Positions 60,577 through 64,000 of a DNA stretch of 64,000 bases are shown piece after piece. Source of the stretch: an uncultured Spirochaetota bacterium. Its GTDB lineage: Bacteria > Spirochaetota > Spirochaetia > SZUA-6 > Fen-1364. The notes under the pieces are model-generated. The model made no database searches and had not been told where the DNA came from. It saw only the letters and a program-made list of their open reading frames with translations. A program made the translations under genes and the position numbers. Position 1 is the stretch's first letter. Each line of letters starts with the position of its first letter. Where the stretch lies: NCBI GenBank assembly GCA_963745235.1, contig CAVUXE010000053.1:256001-320000 (forward strand), read 5' to 3'.

Positions 60577-60608
60577 AAAAAACCGCGGCGGGTTTCCGCA
60601 GCCACGGT
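60576..60608 (-). terminator. rho-independent terminator for the xylanase gene
   Basis: minus strand accgtggctgcggaaacccgccgcggt followed by a T-run. Confidence 0.7.
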
Positions 60609-60626
60609 CATCTGCCAGGTGGTCAT

Positions 60627-61772
60627 CTACCACTTTGCCACTGCCCAGAATGCCGGCTTGGGTTTCTGGGAAGTATCGAACAGCAATGGCCAGTTCTTCC
60701 TCCCGGCCACGGGGAAGGAATCCAGCCAGGTGTGGTCATCCGCAATGCCCCAGAACGTCACTCCGGTGAGCCTTCCCGGCTGGCCGGCCCGGGAGGACCC
60801 AGGCGCTCCTGATTCGTCGCGAAAGACTTTGAAAAGAGCGCCGTACTGCGCCGCCTGTCTGCGTGCCAGGTCCGGAGGCAGAGCGGCCAGGGAAGAATTG
60901 TCTCCCCACCCGAAGACGGAGAGGTCAAGCTCCGTGATCTGGACCTGCACGCCCAGGGACGCAAAACGCTCAATCGCATCCCGGATGGTCCCTGCATCGG
61001 GACCGAAGATCGACCAGTGGCCCTGGATGCCCACGCCGTCCACCAGGCCCTTCTCCTTCAGCGCCTTGACCAGTTTCACCGCTGCCTCCAGCTTGGCTCC
61101 GCTTTCGATGTTGTAATCGTTGTAGAACAGCAAGGCAGAGGGATCCGCCTGGCGCGCGAACTCGAAAGCCTCCTCGATGTAGTCCGGTATCCCGTCCCCG
61201 TTCTCATCCGCGCCGGCCGCCTTGAACCAGGGGCTGTCCGTACGCCAGCCGCCGTCGTCGGACAGCGCCTCGTTGACAACGTCCCAGCAGTAGACCTGGC
61301 CCTTATAGCGCGTGAGCAGAGTGGTAATGTGATCCTTCATCCTGTCCAGGACGTCCGTGCGGGTGGCTGGTCCTTTGTCTCCCCGGAAGACCATCCAGGG
61401 AACCTGCTGGTGCCAGACGAGCGTGTGTCCCCTCACGCGCATTCCGTGCGCCTTGGCAAACGCCACAATCGCGTCTGCTCCAAGGAAATTGTAGGCCGAG
61501 GGCGCGTTGCCGCGCCGCGGGTGGATGCGTTCCCATTTCATGTCGTTCTCCGCCACAAGGCTGTTTACCTGCGTTGCCAGCAGGTTCTCCTGGGTGACGA
61601 GAGTCTGTGGATCCACGGCAGCGCCGATGGGAAAGAACTGCTGATAGAGAGAGGCGAGTGAAGGCACGGCAGCGTCATTGGACGCGCCCGGGGCTTGACT
61701 GCCAGACTGCGCGTCAAGGCGGGAGACACACACGCCAAGAAGGAGTGCCAGGACAGAAGGGATCCTCTTCAT
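60627..61772 (-). CDS. secreted endo-1,4-beta-xylanase (GH10)
   Basis: ENDMKW, RGHTLVWH, WDVVNEA, YNDYN, GIQGH, ITELD, TFWG. Confidence 0.94.
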   Translation of the reverse strand: MKRIPSVLALLLGVCVSRLDAQSGSQAPGASNDAAVPSLASLYQQFFPIGAAVDPQTLVTQENLLATQVNSLVAENDMKWERIHPRRGNAPSAYNFLGADAIVAFAKAHGMRVRGHTLVWHQQVPWMVFRGDKGPATRTDVLDRMKDHITTLLTRYKGQVYCWDVVNEALSDDGGWRTDSPWFKAAGADENGDGIPDYIEEAFEFARQADPSALLFYNDYNIESGAKLEAAVKLVKALKEKGLVDGVGIQGHWSIFGPDAGTIRDAIERFASLGVQVQITELDLSVFGWGDNSSLAALPPDLARRQAAQYGALFKVFRDESGAPGSSRAGQPGRLTGVTFWGIADDHTWLDSFPVAGRKNWPLLFDTSQKPKPAFWAVAKW

Positions 61773-61944
61773 CAGTCCACTATACCTTCTGCCTCGGACA
61801 CGAAGTATCGGTAATACCACCTATTAGCGAATGCATGTTTTATCCTCTTTCGGCTGCCGGCTGGTCCGTATACCGTGGGACGGTGACGTACGATTCGCAC
61901 GCTTGGGCGCAAAGGCACGGAACAGAATGACCCGCTCTCCCCGC

Positions 61945-63520
61945 ATGATCAGAAACCCTGTGCTCCGGGGTTTCTGCCCGGATCCCTCCATCTTGCGAGT
62001 AGGGGACGACTATTACATTGCCACCTCAACGTTTGAATGGTTCCCCGGCGTCTGCGTGTATCATTCCCGCGACCTGGAGCACTGGCGCATCGTCTCCCGT
62101 CCGCTTGACCGGACGAGTCTCCTCGACATGAGAGGAGATCCGAACTCGGGAGGAGTCTGGGCTCCGTGCCTGAGCTGGGTGGAAGGCCGGTTCCACATCG
62201 TGTACACGGACATGAAGCGCTGGACGGGACAGATCAAAGACTGCCACAACTACCTCACCACGGCGCCGACAATCGAAGGTCCTTGGACCGACCCAGTCTA
62301 TCTGAACAGCTCCGGGTTCGACGCGTCTCTGTTCCACGACACAGATGGCCGTTCCTGGCTGACGAACGTGCTCTGGGACTACCGGCCTTCCCACAACCCC
62401 TTCGGCGGAATCGTGCTCCAGGAGTACTGCCGCAAAGACAGCCGCCTGGTCGGCGAACCGCAGCGCATCTTCTCGGGGACGCAGTTGGGGCTGGTGGAGG
62501 GGCCGCACCTCTACCGCCGGGGAAACTGGTACTACCTGGTGACGGCGGAAGGAGGGACCTTTGCAACGCACGCGGTGAGCGTTGCAAGATCTGCGACAAT
62601 TCAAGGCCCCTTCGAGGTCATGCCGGGAAATCCCCTCCTCACCTCCGCGCATGATCCGTCCCTGGACCAGCAGAGCGCCGGCCACGGGAGCCTGGTTGAG
62701 ACGCAGGACGGCGAATGGGTTCTTGCGCACCTGGTCCGCCCGGCCCCGCGCAAAAGGCAGGTCCATCCTCGGGCGGGAGACCGCGCTGCAGCTTCTTGAA
62801 TGGACCCCGGACGGCTGGCCCCGACTCACGCGCGGCGGCCGGGCCCCGGCGGACACCTTCCCTGCTCCCGACCTGCCGGCCTGCCCATGGGAACCGGAGA
62901 AATCCGTCTATCATTTCGATGAGCCGGTCCTGGGCAAGCCTTACCAGTCCCTGCGGATTCCGCTGGACAACTCCTTGATGAGCCTGACGGAACGGCCGGG
63001 CTTCCTGCGATTGAAAGGGGCGGAAAGCATCTTTTCCAACTTCCGGCAATCCCTGGTGGGTAGGCGGATTGCCTCCTTCCGGGTCCGGGCGGCGACATGC
63101 GTGGAGTTCCAGCCCCGGTCATTCCAGAACCTCGCGGGACTGGCGGCGTTCTACAGCACGGAAAGCTTCTACTATCTTTACATCACTCGGTCCGCTCACG
63201 CTTCCAAGTGCCTGGGCCTCATGCAGTGTGAGCGCGGTCTGCTTTCTTTTGCGGTGGAAAAGGAAGTCCCTGTCGAAAACTGGAATCGGGTTCACCTGAG
63301 CTTCGCGCTTGACCATGAGAGGCTTCAATTCTCTTTTTCCCCGGACGGCGCGGCATGGACAAAGATCGGCTGGGAGATGGACGCATCCATCCTCTCCGAC
63401 GAGCACGCCAATCCGTGCGGTTTCACTGGCGCTTTCGTGGCCTTGTGCTGCCAGGATCTGACAGGCCACGGCCTTCACGCGGACTTCGATTTCCTGGAGT
63501 ACGTAGAGCTCGACAGCTAG
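61945..63520 (+). CDS. GH43 beta-xylosidase; frameshift near 62735
   Basis: NPVLRGFCPDPS, ATSTFEWFPG, GGVWAP, GFDASLF, EGPHLY, AGHG, GRET, GFTGAFV. Confidence 0.92.
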
Positions 63521-63528
63521 CAGACAGC

Positions 63529-63900
63529 CTACGAAACGTGCAGATTGCCCGCGCGACGCAGCGATTGAGATTCGTGGAGCTTGTGTGTGAAGTTCTGTAT
63601 CTCGCGAAGCACGGCCAGGAGCCCTTTGCCCATCTCGCTCAGCGAATACGTGACGGATTGCCGGTCGAAAGTGGCCTCCCTCCTGTCCAGCATCCCCGAT
63701 GACTCGAGGTGCTTGAGGCGCTTGGTCAGCGTCACCGAATTGGCATCCCCCAGGGCGCGCTGCAGCTCGGTGAACCGCAGCTCACCGGAACGCAGAAAAT
63801 CTATGATCCGCAGGGTCGTGTAGTCTCCGAGGAGCTTCAGGATCTCAGCCTGGCAGTGCTCCTCCGGAGAGCCGTTCCTGCGGCCGGTCGTCTCCTTCAT
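63529..63900 (-). CDS. HxlR-family winged-helix regulator
   Basis: LRFTELQRAL, TLTKRLKHLE, VTYSLSEMG. Confidence 0.88.
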   Translation of the reverse strand: MKETTGRRNGSPEEHCQAEILKLLGDYTTLRIIDFLRSGELRFTELQRALGDANSVTLTKRLKHLESSGMLDRREATFDRQSVTYSLSEMGKGLLAVLREIQNFTHKLHESQSLRRAGNLHVS

Positions 63901-63985
63901 GGAGACAAATATACCGCATCTCTGCAAAAAAGTGTTGCCTAAGAAAATTAAGCACTATATCTTATGAAGCAGTTAAGGAGACGAT

Positions 63986-64000
63986 ATGAAAGCGGTTCAG
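63986..64000 (+). CDS. start of a gene divergent from hxlR (MKAVQ..., possibly an oxidoreductase), cut by window edge
   Basis: AAGGAG RBS followed by ATG AAA GCG GTT CAG. Confidence 0.45.

Overview
High-GC bacterial window, probably from an uncultured spirochaete (inferred from spirochaete-style FecR, cadherin-like and coiled-coil envelope proteins). About 17 single-base frameshifts interrupt otherwise intact genes, which points to long-read assembly errors. Contents in order: (1) metabolic and housekeeping genes (Zn-dehydrogenase, G1P dehydrogenase, VOC protein, methyltransferase, hydrolase, acyl-CoA ligase, ABC-2 exporter, aldo-keto reductase); (2) an IclR-controlled panB plus unknown-enzyme operon; (3) a cadherin-like lipoprotein; (4) a ~14 kb phosphonate island (phnX-phnW, phnGHIJKLM, hexapeptide acetyltransferase, IMPase, 2H phosphoesterase, phnDCEE) with three 11-bp-periodic Pho-box arrays and no phnP or phnN; (5) GNAT duplication relics, a parS-like palindrome, a hemerythrin and a NitT/TauT ABC transporter; (6) a CheB/CheR-PAS fusion plus histidine kinase; (7) a XylR / GDP-mannose-epimerase-like / GHMP-like / beta-glucuronidase cluster; (8) a 13 kb envelope cluster (adenylate cyclase, FecR-like protein, beta-barrel proteins, coiled-coil protein) bracketed by two paralogous surface lipoproteins; (9) a xylan-utilisation locus. 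The best candidates for novelty are the IMPase plus 2H replacement of PhnP/PhnN in the C-P lyase pathway and the cyclase-coupled envelope cluster. No rRNA, tRNA, CRISPR array or transposase was recognised.
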